Notes: generated by a model from the letters alone, not told the origin. DNA of 64,000 nt from the human T2T-CHM13v2.0 reference genome, Homo sapiens (GCF_009914755.1 NC_060941.1), one strand, 5' to 3'. Positions 1 to 15,766 are shown, counted from the first letter of the stretch. Program-made: numbers and translations.

Positions 1-238
1 GCCTAAGTTCTCTTGTTTTCTTTACCAGACGGTGAGGTCCTGGTCATTCTTTGTACCCACAGCCCAGGGCCTGCCATTCAGAGGATGTATCGTAAACAGA
101 AACAAGTGAGTGAACAGGTGAAAGCGTGGACGCACACGTCACAGCACCGACTGGCTCTTCCAGGTATGTGAGATCCTTTAAGCCAGTGCTGAAGGTGGGG
201 TAGGAATAGTTACCCCCACTGAATCAATAAAGAAACTT

Positions 239-550
239 GGCCGGGTGCGGTGGCTCACGCCTGTCATCCCAGCACTTTGGGAGGCTGAGGCGGGTGGATC
301 ACAAGGTCAGGAGTTCGAGACCAGCCTGGCCAACATGGCAAAACCCCGTCTCTACTAAAAATACGAAAATTAGCTGGGCATGGTGGCGGGCGCCTTTAAT
401 CCCAGCTAACCAGGAGACTGAGACAGGAGAATCACTTGAACCCGGGAGACGGAGGTTGCAGTGAGCCAAGACTGCGCCATTACACTCAGCCTGGGCGACA
501 GAGAGAGACTCCATCTCAAATAAATATAAATAAGTAAATAAATAAAAGAA
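239..550 (+). mobile_element. Alu (AluS-like)
   Basis: ggccgggtgcggtggctcac...A-rich tail. Confidence 0.95.
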
Positions 551-944
551 GAAACTGAGATGCCAAGAAGTCAAGGGACCAGAGGTTGTTCCCGCGGCCT
601 CAGGGTGACTGCGTCTGCATTCGATGCACCTAAACCACTGACCAGGGGAGGAAAGAGCTGACCCAGGAAGAAGGGTGAAGGGGTCAAGGGGCAGGGACAC
701 TTGGCCGGGAGGGGGAGAGAAGGCCGAGGCAGGGGGCCCAACTGTGTGCTTCAACTACAGGAGACTAATAGTGACCAGTCATGCCCTAGGGTCACGGGTC
801 CTGCTCATCTATTACAGCTGGGAGGCAGGTGGGGGACAGAGCTTGGGTCTGGAGAGAAGGAGGCTGTGCTGTCTCCATCCTCAGGGACAAGGTTCTTTTT
901 CTCAACGAAAGGCAAGAGCGTTTTGGGTGGAAACAACCCAAATG

Positions 945-1683
945 TGCACGGATGGACGGACGGACAGACGGATAAACAGACATGGCACCTACATCCACGG
1001 ACGGACGGATAAACAGACATGGCACCTACATCCATGAATGGATGGATAAACAGACGTGGCACCTACATCCGCGGACGGATGGATAAACAGACGTGGCAGC
1101 TACATCCACGAACGGATGAATAAACAGACGTGGCACCTACATCCACGAACGGATGGATAAACAGACGTGGCACCTACATCCACGGACGGATGGATAAATA
1201 GACATGGCAGCTACATCCACAGATGGACAGGCGGATAAACAGACGTGGCAGCTACATCCACGGGTGGGTGGACAAACAGATATGGCACCTACATCCACGG
1301 ACGGATGGATAAACAGATGTGGCACCTACATCCACAGATGGACGAACAAATGTGGCACCTACATCCATGGACGGATGGATGGGTAAACAGACATGGCACC
1401 TACGTCCACAGACGGATGGATGGACGAAGAGACGTGGCACCTACATCCACGGACAGACAGAAGGACAAACAGACGTGGCACCTACATCCACAGATGGATG
1501 GATAAATAGACGTGGCACCTACATCCACGGATGGATGGATGGATAAACAGACATGGCACCTACATTCACGGACGGATGGATGGATAAACAGATGTGGCAC
1601 CTATATCCACAGACGGATAAACAGACGTGGCACCTACATCCACGGACGGACGGGCAGATAAAGAGACGTGGCATCTACATCCA
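945..1683. repeat. Minisatellite, ~39-47 bp unit (GGATGGATAAACAGACGTGGCACCTACATCCACGGAC), roughly 17 copies
   Basis: Direct inspection; unit length varies with the number of GGAT/GGAC tetramers. Confidence 0.95.
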
Positions 1684-1759
1684 GGGAAATTGTATCCAGC
1701 CTCAGAAAGGGAGGAAATTCAGACACACAACGGCATATGGGTGAAGCTCAAGGACATGA

Positions 1760-2287
<528 letters not shown>

Positions 2288-3187
2288 CCTAAAATTTATT
2301 AAAATGGTAACTTTATGTTATGTATATTTCACTACAATCTTTTATTTTTTATTTTTTTCAGTGGAGATAGACTCTTGCTCTGTCACCCAGGCTGGAGTAC
2401 AGTAGCGCAATCCTTAGCTCACTCTAGCCTCCTTAGCCTCCCAAGTAGTCCACAGCTACACCACGTGAGCTACTATGCCTGGCTTCTACCACTATTTTTT
2501 CTTTAAAAAGAATAAAGGCCGGACGCGGTGGCTCACACTCCCTTCCTGGCCTGGAACCTGCCCCTCCCACCACAGGGTCTTCAGCGCTGCTGTGCCCAGG
2601 GAGGGGCTGCCCTGGCAGGCACGTGGGGAAGTGGAGCTGCCTCCCAGGCACAGGGAGCAGAGGTGGACTGTGGGGTGGGGGCTGTCCCCAGCCTGCGGTG
2701 AGCGAGGGAATGACGCAGGGCCGGGGGGCGGGCAGGGGGTGCAGAGGGCCCCTCAGGTTTAAGTAGCTTCTTGGTCTCAGGCCCTTCTCCAGTCTGGGGA
2801 CGCTGGCAGAAGCTGAGCTGTGGGGCCCCAAGGGAAAGCGCTCTCCTCAGGCCCAGCCCGCCAAGAAGGGCCGGACCCTGGGAATATGCTAATCAGCTAG
2901 CGGGTAGGTTGCAGCTGGAGCGGCAAGGCTGGAAATAGAGTAGGATAAACACAGTGGAGTCCCCTGGGACCAGGAGCCAGGGCAGACTACGCCGGGGGCA
3001 GGGGCAAGAGCCGGTGGAGGGGGGGGCTCCCAGCTAAGCGGACCTGGATGGGGTCCCTGAGTCTGGGGCCCTTGTTCACCCACTAACAAGCTCTGTGACC
3101 GCGGCTGCCTCGCTCACCCTTGCTGGTGTCCATTTCCTTCTCTCCGGAAAACAGGATTGGATTAAACGCCCTCTAAGATTTATTCCA

Positions 3188-3520
<333 letters not shown>

Positions 3521-4129
3521 TTATTCATTCCTTCTACTGGCCTTGCTTGCAGCTCCCCGCCACCCCTGCTGAGGCTCCTGACTTTCCTGGGACCCTCCCT
3601 TCACATTCGTGCCTCCCTGCCAGGCGGGTCTGTCCTCCGGAACTCCCACCCTACTCCCTTCTGCGGAAGCGGAGCCTGCGCACCTTGCTGGAATAACACA
3701 GAGCCTTAGCATAGCAATTGCGCTGGCTGCTCTATACCAAGATTTCTACAAAGAATATAAAGTACTTTTAACAAAGTATCCAAAAAGGTGCTTAAGAAGA
3801 CTCCATACAGCTCTAGAGAAAAGGAGGTTTATAATAATCCATGAAAACAGAAAAACAGACAAAACAGGTCCTGATTAAATCTACATAAAAATGTGTATAC
3901 CTCAAGAAGGGAAAAGGCACAGAATAAACTGGCTGCTTCGGAGGAGCCGGAGGAAGGATGGTTTCTGATTAGGTTTCAAGTCTCTTTGCTTCTACTGCAA
4001 TTTTCTTTCTCATACAAACATTGCTTTTGGAATTAAAAAACCCAGGGCTTCCAAATCGCTCTCGTTCCACCTCCTCCTTGAAGCCTCCCTAATTCCAGCC
4101 CATGGTGACCTTTCTGCCTCTGAATTCCT

Positions 4130-4290
4130 GCGGGACAATCTTCCATCTTCTTATAGCAGGACAATCTTCCATCTTCTTACAGCAGGACAATCTTCCATCT
4201 TCTTACAGCAGGACAATCTTCCGTCTTCTTACAGCAGGACAATCTTCCGTCTTCTTACAGCAGGACAATCTTCCGTCTTCTTATAGCAGG
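4130..4290. repeat. 26-bp minisatellite x~6 (GCAGGACAATCTTCCRTCTTCTTAYA)
   Basis: Unit starts at 4130, 4156, 4182... Confidence 0.95.
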
Positions 4291-4643
4291 AGGCAGCAGG
4301 ACATCTAGAAATGGGCTCTGCAGCCAGCTGCCCGCCCTGGCCCACTCCTGGGCACATGGCCTTGGCCGGGCTCCTTAGCCCCAGCTTCCTCATCTTTCTA
4401 GCTGTGATGATATTCCTCTCCCACAGGGTCCTGGGAAGATCTCCTGAGACAGCAGATGGAAGCATTTAGCACCGTGCTGGGCTCGTCCTGGGCTCGCTTA
4501 TGTGTGCACGGCTATTGTGGCTGACATCTAGCATTCTTCTCACTGGAGAACATGGACCAATATACTCGTCTTTCCAATCTGACAGTGGGTCCCTGGAGGC
4601 CAGGACCCCCTCCTGGGCTGGGGACCTCACAGACGCATGCTAA

Positions 4644-5320
<677 letters not shown>

Positions 5321-7313
5321 TGCTCTTTCCCGCACATGCTCCTCTCCTTCCTCCCAGGGGCACCAGGCACAAGTGTCCCCTGCCCAGAGGACTCCAAGAC
5401 AAAGGACGCTCACCTTATGCCATAAAGCAGCACCTCAGCTGCTTCTCCAAGCCATTAGCCATGCCACGGCCCTCTGTCCGGGCTGAGGGATTCGTTGACA
5501 AAGGCCTGAGACGTGGGGACATGGCACAGAGGAGGGAACATGGCCTTTCCCACATACCATACGCAGAGATGCCTTGGCCAAGGTACTTAACCTCAGTACC
5601 CCAGTGTCCTCATCTGTAAGATGGGGAGGAGGGACTGTCATTCTCCCTGGAGGATCACGACAAGGATCACACGAGGAGATGGCATTTGGGAAGCGGCCTC
5701 CAGGAGCACAAGTGCTGGACACACATTGGTGACGCATGCTGCCATCTGTCTGTCACTAAATGCTTCCCCCACCCCACCCCGCCGCTGAGACTCCTGCCCC
5801 ACTGCCCCATCAGGCGACCCAGAGTGGGGGCCTCATCACAGCAGCAAATGCCTGCGCTTAGGCCGTAGGGCCCCTTGCTTTCTCTGGATGGGCTGCTGGG
5901 AGGGGGCTTAGAGAGAAGTGGGGGCCTCAGAGACTGCCCTCCTCCTCCTGCCTTTCCTACAGGCCCCCTGAATATCCCCGAGGGCTGGGCCCTATCTCAA
6001 AGCCACCTCCGACTATGTCCTCAGCGCCTGCTGGCGGGCAGAAAGACTGCATTCCAGAGGCTAGTGCCAGCTCCCTTCCTTAGATGTGTGGCCGGAGTGA
6101 AGGCAGAGACAAGCTGTGGCGACAGACCGTTCCGTGGCTCCGTGGGGCCCGGGTTCGTGGGAACAGCTCCGTGTGGACTCGTCACCCAGCCTGGCCATCC
6201 ACGGTGGCTCTGAGGGCAGTCACGGGGCGAGACTTTCTAAGCCACAGCCCGCCCCTGGGGCATGCCTCCCCCGCCGAAGGCAGGCTGGTGAGATGGTTCT
6301 GCAGCGGAGGGCCAGGGCCGGGCCTTGGCATGCTGAGTGCTGGGGGACTTCAAAGGCCTGCAGGGGACTCTGGCTCTGAACTGTCCGCTCACAGGCCCAG
6401 GTCAGCTGGCAGCAGGAAGGTTTATGTTTCTTTTAATATCAACTCCCAGGCATTTAACATTCCTCGAAGCTTAAACACAGAAACATTTTCCTTACCAGAC
6501 TCTGCCTTCTGCTTTGCCAAACATAACCTGGCTTCCTCCCTCCCCCACTGCCTCTATCTGCTCCTGTCTCCAAGAGGCTTGCAGTGACTGATGGTGTGTT
6601 TCCCCCGGGGCTTGTGCAGCTGAGTGAGAAGGAGGGAAGCAATGGGGCTGAAGTCCAGGTGGGGGAATGTGCCCTCGGGCCTTGGGAGCTGAGTTCTCGA
6701 GGGGCTGGGGCCCACCGTGCCCACGGGGCTGGCTGCCCGGCACATCCTTGTAACTCTTCTATTCCACAGCCACCAGTGGCCCAGGGAGTGTGGCGTGGCG
6801 ACCGCTCGTCTCTTGCCTGGGCGTCTCCTGGGGCTGCACAGGCCAGCCCAGAACCCTTCCGTGCCTGTCCCTCTAGCCCAGCCCAGGGACAGGGAGATGG
6901 GGCTCCCTCCCCTTATCCCCACAGAGAGCAGGTCCCAGGGACTGAATCTCTAGAGCCCATTTCCTAAATCACGAAGGACTGGCTGGCAGTTGCCTGGCAG
7001 CCCTGTCTCCCTAGTGACGAGTACTGAGAAGCAGGGTGCAGACCCCACAGCATCGGAAAGAGACGTGTTTAGGAACACGGGGCGTATGCGGCAGAGGCCA
7101 GGCCCCTCCACGTGGGGCCCCTGGTTCAAACACTGGAGCCTGAGATGGGGCAGCGAGTGGGAGACCCACACAGCTCCCCAGGGGCAATGCTACCAAGGAC
7201 CTGCAGGTAAGAGCCAGATACCAAACTCGGTGGCCATGACAATGCATCAGAGAACAAATGCTTCCTGCTAAAAAGCATCGTTCAGCTCCCTGTTGTAGAC
7301 GGAGCCATCGCAG

Positions 7314-7655
7314 CCTGCGCCTGGATCACCTCTTGGGCCACGGTCAAGAAGCTCGGCGCCCAGCTGCGCCTGGATCACGTCCGGGGCCACGGTCAAGAAG
7401 CTCGGCGCCCAGCTGCGCCTGGATCACGTCCGGGGCCACGGTCAAGAAGCTCGGCGCCCAGCTGCCGCCTGGATCACCTCCGGGGCCACGGTCAAGAAGC
7501 TCGGCGCCCAGCTGCGCCTGGATCACGTCCGGGGCCACGGTCAAGAAGCTCGGCGCCCAGCTGCGCCTGGATCACGTCCGGGGCCACGGTCAAGAAGCTC
7601 GGCGCCCAGCTGTGCCTGGATCACGTCTGCGGCCACTGTCAAGAAGCTCAGCACG
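7314..7655. repeat. 49-bp CpG-rich minisatellite x~7
   Basis: GCTGCGCCTGGATCACGTCCGGGGCCACGGTCAAGAAGCTCGGCGCCCA; starts at 7363, 7412... Confidence 0.95.
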
Positions 7656-7969
7656 CCCAACGCCCGAGGCTCAACCTCAGTACGGGTCAGTTACCGTCTC
7701 CCTTCATTTCATGGTCACAGAATCTACCCCCAAACCAGACCACTTGCGGCACAGCACGAGGCCACACGAGGTACCAGACGGGAGTGTGAGCGGCTCCACC
7801 ACGTCACGCCTTTTCCCGCTCCCAAGCCTACTTCTCTTAATAGGTTGGTGAATAGCAGCCATCTTCAAAATTGGCAGAATGTTTCAGAGACACAGACTGC
7901 ACACACAGAGGCCTTTTCCCTATATATGTTTATAGGGAGCCAAAAGCACAGTTGAGGCATAAATGCTGT

Positions 7970-8255
7970 TTTTATTTATTTTTATTTTTTTGGAGACACG
8001 GTCTGACTCCATCACCCAGGCGCGATCTCAGCTCACTGCAACCTCTACCTCCTGGGTTCAAGCGATTCTCCTGCCTCAGCCTACTGAGTAGCTGGGATTA
8101 CAGGCGCCCGCCACCACGACCTGCTAATTTTTGTATTTTTAGTAGAGATGGGGTTTCGCCATGTTGGCCAGGCTGGTCTCGAACTCCTGACCTCGTGATC
8201 CACCCACCTCGGCCTCCCAAGGTGCTGGGATTACAGGCGTGAGCCACCGCACCCA
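7970..8255 (-). mobile_element. Alu
   Basis: Alu consensus. Confidence 0.95.
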
Positions 8256-8842
8256 GAAGCATAAATACCCTTAACCCGAGGTGCAGCCTCTACTAACACC
8301 CAGAGTCCCCACCCGAAGCCACAGACTCCCAACGCAGCTGAGTAAGGTCCGGCCACCCTAACAACAAGTCAGAGACCCCCCTCCCCCCAAGCCAACCAGC
8401 AGGACCCTAAGTCTTTCGGGCAGAAGAGCAAACGCCTGGTCCGTGTGCCTAACTCCGGTCCCCCGTCAATGGCAGACACGGCTCCTCACACACAGCATTC
8501 CTCCCTCCCGTTCACCGACGCAGCCTCTGAGTCCTTCTCAACATGGCGTTCCGGGAAACAACCACCCATAGACTAAAGCTGGCGTGTGAAAACAAAGCTG
8601 GTTGTTTCCATCTTGCAGAAGCGCAGATGACCCACCTGAGGAGCCACGCACACGCCTGGGCTTCCGGGGCCACAACAGGCAGCCACCTCTAGCAGGGAGG
8701 GGAGAACCACCTCCTGGGAACTTTCCTCCAACCAGCTTGGAACCAAAATCACGAAAGAGCAGGCTCCTTGACCAGAATTCCTTTTCAACTGGAACCACCT
8801 CCTGGAGGCTCCCTCAGCCTCGCCCCGGCGCCCTGGCCTCAC

Positions 8843-8974
8843 CTGGATCTGTCCTTTGCCCATGATCTTGTCCACGATCTCATTGTTGTCCTTGTTGACC
8901 TTGGTCTTGTCATAGCACTTCTCATAGCACAGGATCCTCAGGGACTGGGAGCCCTCCAGCTCGATCTCAAACTC
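8843..8974 (-). CDS. ABR: ABR exon ~16 (132 nt, 0-0), [19 protein letters not shown]...GKGQIQ, C2 domain
   Basis: cag|GAGTTT and CAG|gtgagg. Confidence 0.97.
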
Positions 8975-9329
8975 CTGGGGAAAGATGGGACAAAGGGCCC
9001 TGAACCTCTGAAGCTGGGAGGCCTGGCTTTCCGGCAGGTGCGTGCCTCAGCTTTGCAAGGAGGAGGGAGTAAGCACGGCCCACGAAGGACACGTCAGATT
9101 TTCTGGAGCTCCCAGAGGCCTCCCATCACCCCTGGAGTCTGGGGGCCTGAGCTGACACCACAGGGTCTGACACCCAGACACACACCGCGATCAGAAGCCA
9201 GAGGAGCAGGGAGCAGAAAGGGGGGTGCAGACATAGCTGGTCCAACCAATGGGCTGGCCGTCCCCAGCAGACAAGCCACGAGCACGGGGCGGTGGGGTCC
9301 CCACAGAGATGCCAGCCCCTGCCACTCAC

Positions 9330-9427
9330 CTCATCCCACTTGGGCTCCGCTGTGTCCCGGAACACCCTGGTTTTGGCTTTGCTGACAAAATAGCCGAAGG
9401 AATCCACCTCCAGGGTACAGTACAGGT
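9330..9427 (-). CDS. ABR: ABR exon ~15 (98 nt, 1-0), (N)[12 protein letters not shown]...EPKWDE, C2 domain
   Basis: cag|ACCTG and GAG|gtgagt; peptide is in ORF 9126..9626. Confidence 0.97.
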
Positions 9428-9617
9428 CTGTGGGGGAAGGACAGACGGAGATACTGAGTGAGTGGGGCCAGGGTGGGGCAGCTGGGGCGGCACTCAGGAT
9501 GGAGGGGGACATCGCATCTGTCCTTTCCAACGTCCCCACGGATGGCATCTTGGCTCTCTCCTCCCTGAAGCCCGGGACCATCTGGCTTCTCCCCTGCCCC
9601 CTTCTTAGGGGCTCAGC

Positions 9618-9742
9618 CCTCCCCACCTCGGCTCACCCCACACTCTGCCCTTCCTACCTCAGCCCTCCCCACACTCTGCCCTTCCCACCTCGGCCCTCCC
9701 CACACTCTGCCCTTCCCACCTCGGCCCTCCCCACACTCTGGC
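9618..9742. repeat. ~31-bp C-rich minisatellite x~4
   Basis: CCTTCCCACCTCGGCCCTCCCCACACTCTGC. Confidence 0.9.
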
Positions 9743-10496
9743 CTCCTCCTCCCTCTAAAGGGCCCTTGACTGTTCCGTCTCCACATCTTCCTCACCATGG
9801 AGACGACACCACAAACTCTTCACTGACCGCCCTGGAGCCACCTCTCCCCGTAACATGGGTGCCCAGGCCTCAACAGCGGCATTTGGGGTGGGAGGCGTTT
9901 AGCAGCCCTGCCTCTGGGTCCTGAATGCTCGGAGCATCCCCTGCCGCGGTGACGACCAACAACGCCCACATCCCCAAGCCCAGGGTGCTGTGGTTTCCTC
10001 CGCTGCACTTAACATAAACCAAAGGGATCTTCTCTACTCGTGCGTCCCTAGTCTCTCTCCCCCCACGACGTAAACACCATGTGGAGAGAAGCCTGGGTTT
10101 TCCTGCCTGCCGGTGTACCCGCAGTACCAAGAACAGGGCTGGGAACCCAGCTGGCACACGGTGAACGAGGCTCCCACCACCACCAAGCGCTCCAGGTAAC
10201 AAGGCAGTGGAGGGCTGGGGCGGGAGGGCAGGGCCGGGGGCTTTCCCCGGCATTTCCATCTTCCACCCTGGCCTTCAGGCTGAAAATCTACCTTGGGACC
10301 CAACTGCTGAGGCCACAGCACCGGCACGGACCCCAGGCCCTCTGCAAACCCACACCCGCCCTGGGCTCGGACCCCAGCAGTCCTCCCACCTCCAGGGAGA
10401 TGCCGAGGTTGTTCCCAGGGTACCAGAGGTGGTGTGGGAGGTGCCTTTGGGACACTATGGCCAACCCTCTGCAGCGTGAAACAACGTCAGAGGTCA

Positions 10497-10885
<389 letters not shown>

Positions 10886-11124
10886 ACCAGCTTTCCTGCA
10901 GAAAGGACAGTGCAGCTACCCCAAGAAGCCTCCAGCTGGAGCAACAGAAAGAAGACCCAGGTGGGCCTCAGAACACACAGAACGGGGCTGGGGATTTGCA
11001 GGTGAACAACACAGAGGCCCTGAGCACCCCAGCCTGGGCCAGACCAGGGAGTGGGCCTGTGTGTTTGAGACGGGCCATGAAGTGCTGTCATCATGGATTG
11101 ATCTCGGTGTGAGCCCCTCCTCGA

Positions 11125-12310
11125 GGGGCTGGGGAGGGCTCACAGGGTCAGAGGGAGGGTTCCGGAAGGGGCTGGGGGAGGGCTCACAGGGTCAGAGGGA
11201 GGGTTCCGGAAGGGGCTGGGGGAGGGTTCACAGGGTCAGAGGGAGGGTTCCGGAAGGGGCTGGGGGAGGGCTCACAGGGTCAGAGGGAGGGTTCCGGAAG
11301 GGGCTGGGGGAGGGTTCACAGGGTCAGAGGGAGGGTTCCGGAAGGGGCTGGGGGAGGGCTCACAGGGTCAGAGGGAGGGTTCCGGAAGGGGGTGGGGGAG
11401 GGCTCACAGGGTCAGAGGGAGGGTTCCGGAAGGGGCTGGGGGAGGGGTCACAGGGTCAGAGGGAGGGTTCCGGAAGGGGCTGGGGGAGGGTTCACAGGGT
11501 CAGAGGGAGGGTTCCGGAAGGGGCTGGGGGAGGGCTCACAGGGTCAGAGGGAGGGTTCCGGAAGGGGCTGGGGGAGGGGTCACAGGGTCAGAGGGAGGGT
11601 TCCGGAAGGGGCTGGGGGAGGGTTCACAGGGTCAGAGGGAGGGTTCGGGAAGGGGCTGGGGGAGGGCTCACAGGGTCAGAGGGAGGGTTCCGGAAGGGGC
11701 TGGGGGAGGGGTCACAGGGTCAGAGGGAGGGTTCCGGAAGGGGCTGGGGGAGGGGTCACAGGGTCAGAGGGAGGGTTCCGGAAGGGGCTGGGGGAGGGCT
11801 CACAGGGTCAGAGGGAGGGTTCCGGAAGGGGCTGGGGGAGGGTTCACAGGGTCAGAGGGAGGGTTCCGGAAGGGGCTGGGGGAGGGTTCACAGGGTCAGA
11901 GGGAGGGTTCCGGAAGGGGCTGGGGGAGGGGTCACAGGGTCAGAGGGAGGGTTCCGGAAGGGGCTGGGGGAGGGCTCACAGGGTCAGAGGGAGGGTTCCG
12001 GAAGGGGCTGGGGGAGGGCTCACAGGGTCAGAGGGAGGGTTCCGGAAGGGGCTGGGGGAGGGCTCACAGGGTCAGAGGGAGGGTTCCGGAAGGGGCTGGG
12101 GGAGGGTTCACAGGGTCAGAGGGAGGGTTCCGGAAGGGTCTGGGGGAGGGTTCACAGGGTCAGAGGGAGGGTTCCGGAAGGGGCTGGGGGAGGGTTCACA
12201 GGGTCAGAGGGAGGGTTCCGGAACGGGCTGGGGGAGGGTTCACAGGGTCAGAGGGAGGGTTCCGGAAGGAGCTGGGGACGGCTCACAGGGTCAGAGCGAG
12301 GGTTCCGGAG
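11125..12310. repeat. 44-bp G-rich VNTR x~27
   Basis: GGGGCTGGGGGAGGG(C/T/G)TCACAGGGTCAGAGGGAGGGTTCCGGAA. Confidence 0.98.
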
Positions 12311-13260
12311 TCAGACCATCTGGGTCCACACCCCAGCTCTGCACAGATCACCTCCCTTCTCTCCCCGGGTTCCTGTCTGCACAGCAGGAAAAGTCATGGT
12401 GCCTACACCCTGGGCCTGCCTGTCCAGAGGTCCTGAGTTTACCACGGCTGAAGACACAGGGCCTCACCTCTGAGTGAGAACAGACATATGAGTGGGTCAG
12501 GGGTGGCGGTGGCGAAGGGAGTGAGGATAATCTGGGGGTAAAGAGAGATTTTGGAGCAGCTCAGCCGGCTCTGACACCCGCCCAGGCTGGGAGGCCACGG
12601 GTCGGCTCCCTGAGGCGAGGACCTCCCGGCCAACGGGAAGCAGGAGAGGGAGTGGCGGCGCCTGGTCCAGACATGGGTGGGACAGTGCTTCAGAGCTCAC
12701 TAGCCAGAAGCTCCTCAGCGGCAGCCCCCAAGAAGGGAGGTCTATGGGTCTGGAGAGGGTTCAGGAAGCTTCCACGGTAACAAGCAGCCTGAGGGACCGT
12801 GTGGTGTTCCCGGCCAGACATCGAGAAGTGCCCAAAAGGTTAGAGCTCCGGCTCTGGTGCCGGAAGACGTGGATTCTGCTGCACCACCTGCTACTGTGTG
12901 ACCCCAGGAAGGAACCTTGAGCCCCTCCAAGCCTTGGCGTCCTCGTGTGTAAAACAGGGATGGTTTCCGTGACCTCGGCGGGATGCCGGAGGCTCAGAGC
13001 GGACCGTGAGACTGAGAGGCTCTGAACACGCCACAGGCTTTGCACATGTGAGTACGTCCACACGCCAGCCATGTTCTCACCTTCTCCAGGTGCACGGTAG
13101 GTGCTGTGTAAATTAACGACTTCACTCCACATTTCTGAGCTCCCATGCATCCCAGGGTAAAGGAGACCTGGTTCCCGCCCTCAGAGAACTCACAGTGGGA
13201 GACGCAAATTGTTAAGTGACAAAACAGCATGACAGGTGCCATAACCAGCTTGCCCTGAGC

Positions 13261-13428
13261 AGGATGGGGGCACAAGGAACCTCAGGGGATGGGGGCACAA
13301 GGAACCTCAAAGGGATGGGGATACAAGGAACCTCAGGGGACGGGGGCACAAAGAACCTGAGGGGATGGGGGCACAAGGAACCTGAGGGGATGGGGGCACA
13401 AGGAACCTGAGGGGATGTGGGCACAAAG
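13261..13428. repeat. 25-bp minisatellite x~6.5
   Basis: GGGATGGGGGCACAAGGAACCT(C/G)AG. Confidence 0.93.
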
Positions 13429-13752
13429 AAGGGACAAAGAAGGGAGGCCAGTTTGCCCCCAGGAACTCAGGGAGGCTTCCTGGGAAAGGCTGCTCTAACG
13501 GCCCGGGGAGTCACCTCTGTGTGGGGCGCTGCAGGGAGGGGTGAGGGCAGACCCCACCTGCCAGTGAAGAGCAGGGAGTGGGAGGGGCAGGTGGAGAGGG
13601 AGAGAGTCAGGGTTTCTGATCCTCTGTGATGTTAAGTCTTTTCTCCTCTCTGTGACTCGGTTACCTCCTCTGGCAAATGGGTAGAAACTATTAGCTGTCT
13701 AACTGACTCACAGATTCCCGTGTGGATAACAGGTAGATAAAAAGCGCAACCA

Positions 13753-14491
<739 letters not shown>

Positions 14492-14698
14492 CTAGGTTTC
14501 AGACAGCTTCAGGGAGGGCTTGAGAAAGAGGACTTTGGAGACAAAGGCCAGGGGTGACCTCCCTGCCAAGAGGAGCTGGTTTCTGGCCTCCAGGGGAATG
14601 CCCCATGTCTAAAGGCGTGCTGGCAGGGCCCCATCCTGGGCAGAGCAGTGCAGAATCCACAATGGCCCACCCAACCTCGTCCTGGCCAGGGCACTTAC

Positions 14699-14773
14699 TG
14701 GCTGATTGCTTAAATCCCTTGGCAGAGTGGACGATGACATGAAGGAAGCCATAGAGTCCTGGAGACTCATCGT
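14699..14773 (-). CDS. ABR: ABR exon ~14 (75 nt, 1-1), (D)[24 protein letters not shown], start of C2 domain
   Basis: cag|ACGAT and CCA|gtaagt. Confidence 0.96.
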
Positions 14774-15661
14774 CTGCAAGAGAGAAAAGCCCCCAGGGCA
14801 GAGGGTGGTCAGCGGATCCCCTCAGCCTCCACCCCAGGCCGGCGGGAGGCAGACGGGGTATGAGACTCAGCTGAGTCTTGGTCCAACATCACCACCTGGT
14901 GGCCAGATGAAAAAGTTTCCGAAGGCCACGGCGGCCTTATATGTGAGCTGCCCGGGGTAGGGCTAGGGGGTCCTTCTCTCCTCCACTCAGCCTGGGGGGG
15001 TCCAGCACACCCACCATCCTGGCCCAGGGACTTAGTACCATTCCCCATGGGTACTGTCTCTCCCTCCAAATCCTGCCTATCCTGGCACTGAAAACTGACC
15101 AATATGATAAATCATTCTGCTAATGATTTATGTCGAGGAAAGCTTGCCTTCAGGACCCCGTTCACAAAGTGGACCCTTTCCCAGCACACAGGCAGCTAGA
15201 ATACACCCACTCCGGTCAGTTCCCAGCCCTGATCACAGCTCCCCACTGCTCAAAACCCCCCCAGACTCCCGGGCTTACAGCATGAATTCCAAACTCCCTT
15301 GCTTGGGATTCAAGGCCTTTCAAGAGCTGGTCCCTGGAAACTTCCAGCCTCATTTCCCATACACCATTTTATCTACCGGGTCTGCTCTCTCATGAATATA
15401 TTAACAGCACAATCTCAGTGCACCAGGGTGCCAGTTCTCCCAAGCCAGACAGAGGGGCCCAAGGAAAAGCTGGGGTCATCTGGGAACTCAGTAGACAGTC
15501 ACCCCTACCCAAGCTGTGTCCTGGCCACTCAACAGTCTCAGCACAGCCGAGCAGGGATCAGCCATTTACAGCCACATGTCTGTCTGAGTCCTTACGGGAA
15601 GCCGGCCACGCTCTGAGGGCTGGGACCTGCCGGTTGGGCCACCTCTGGTTCCCGAGCTTAC

Positions 15662-15766
15662 CGTCTTTATTGCTGGTGACAGGAATGTTGTGTACAGTCC
15701 TAAGCTTGAAACAGGATCCTGTGAGCACCTGGAGCTCCACTGAGCTCAGGACAAAGGCCTGGAGAT
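15662..15766 (-). CDS. ABR: ABR exon ~13 (105 nt, 1-1), (D)[12 protein letters not shown]...VTSNKD
   Basis: ccag|ATCTC and ACG|gtaagc. Confidence 0.96.

Noticed and set aside
7258-7851. Coding-like codon pattern (ITSGATVKKLGAQLRL) in the 49-bp repeat
   Set aside because: The unit is not a multiple of 3, so the frame rotates each copy; no splice or start support
8539-8557. Adjacent YY1-like (AACATGGCG) and STAT (TTCCGGGAA) motifs
   Set aside because: Two short motifs without other support; compatible with chance
11061-12477. 470-aa and 361-aa Gly-rich ORFs
   Set aside because: Produced by the stop-free 44-bp VNTR; non-ATG starts, antisense to ABR, no domain
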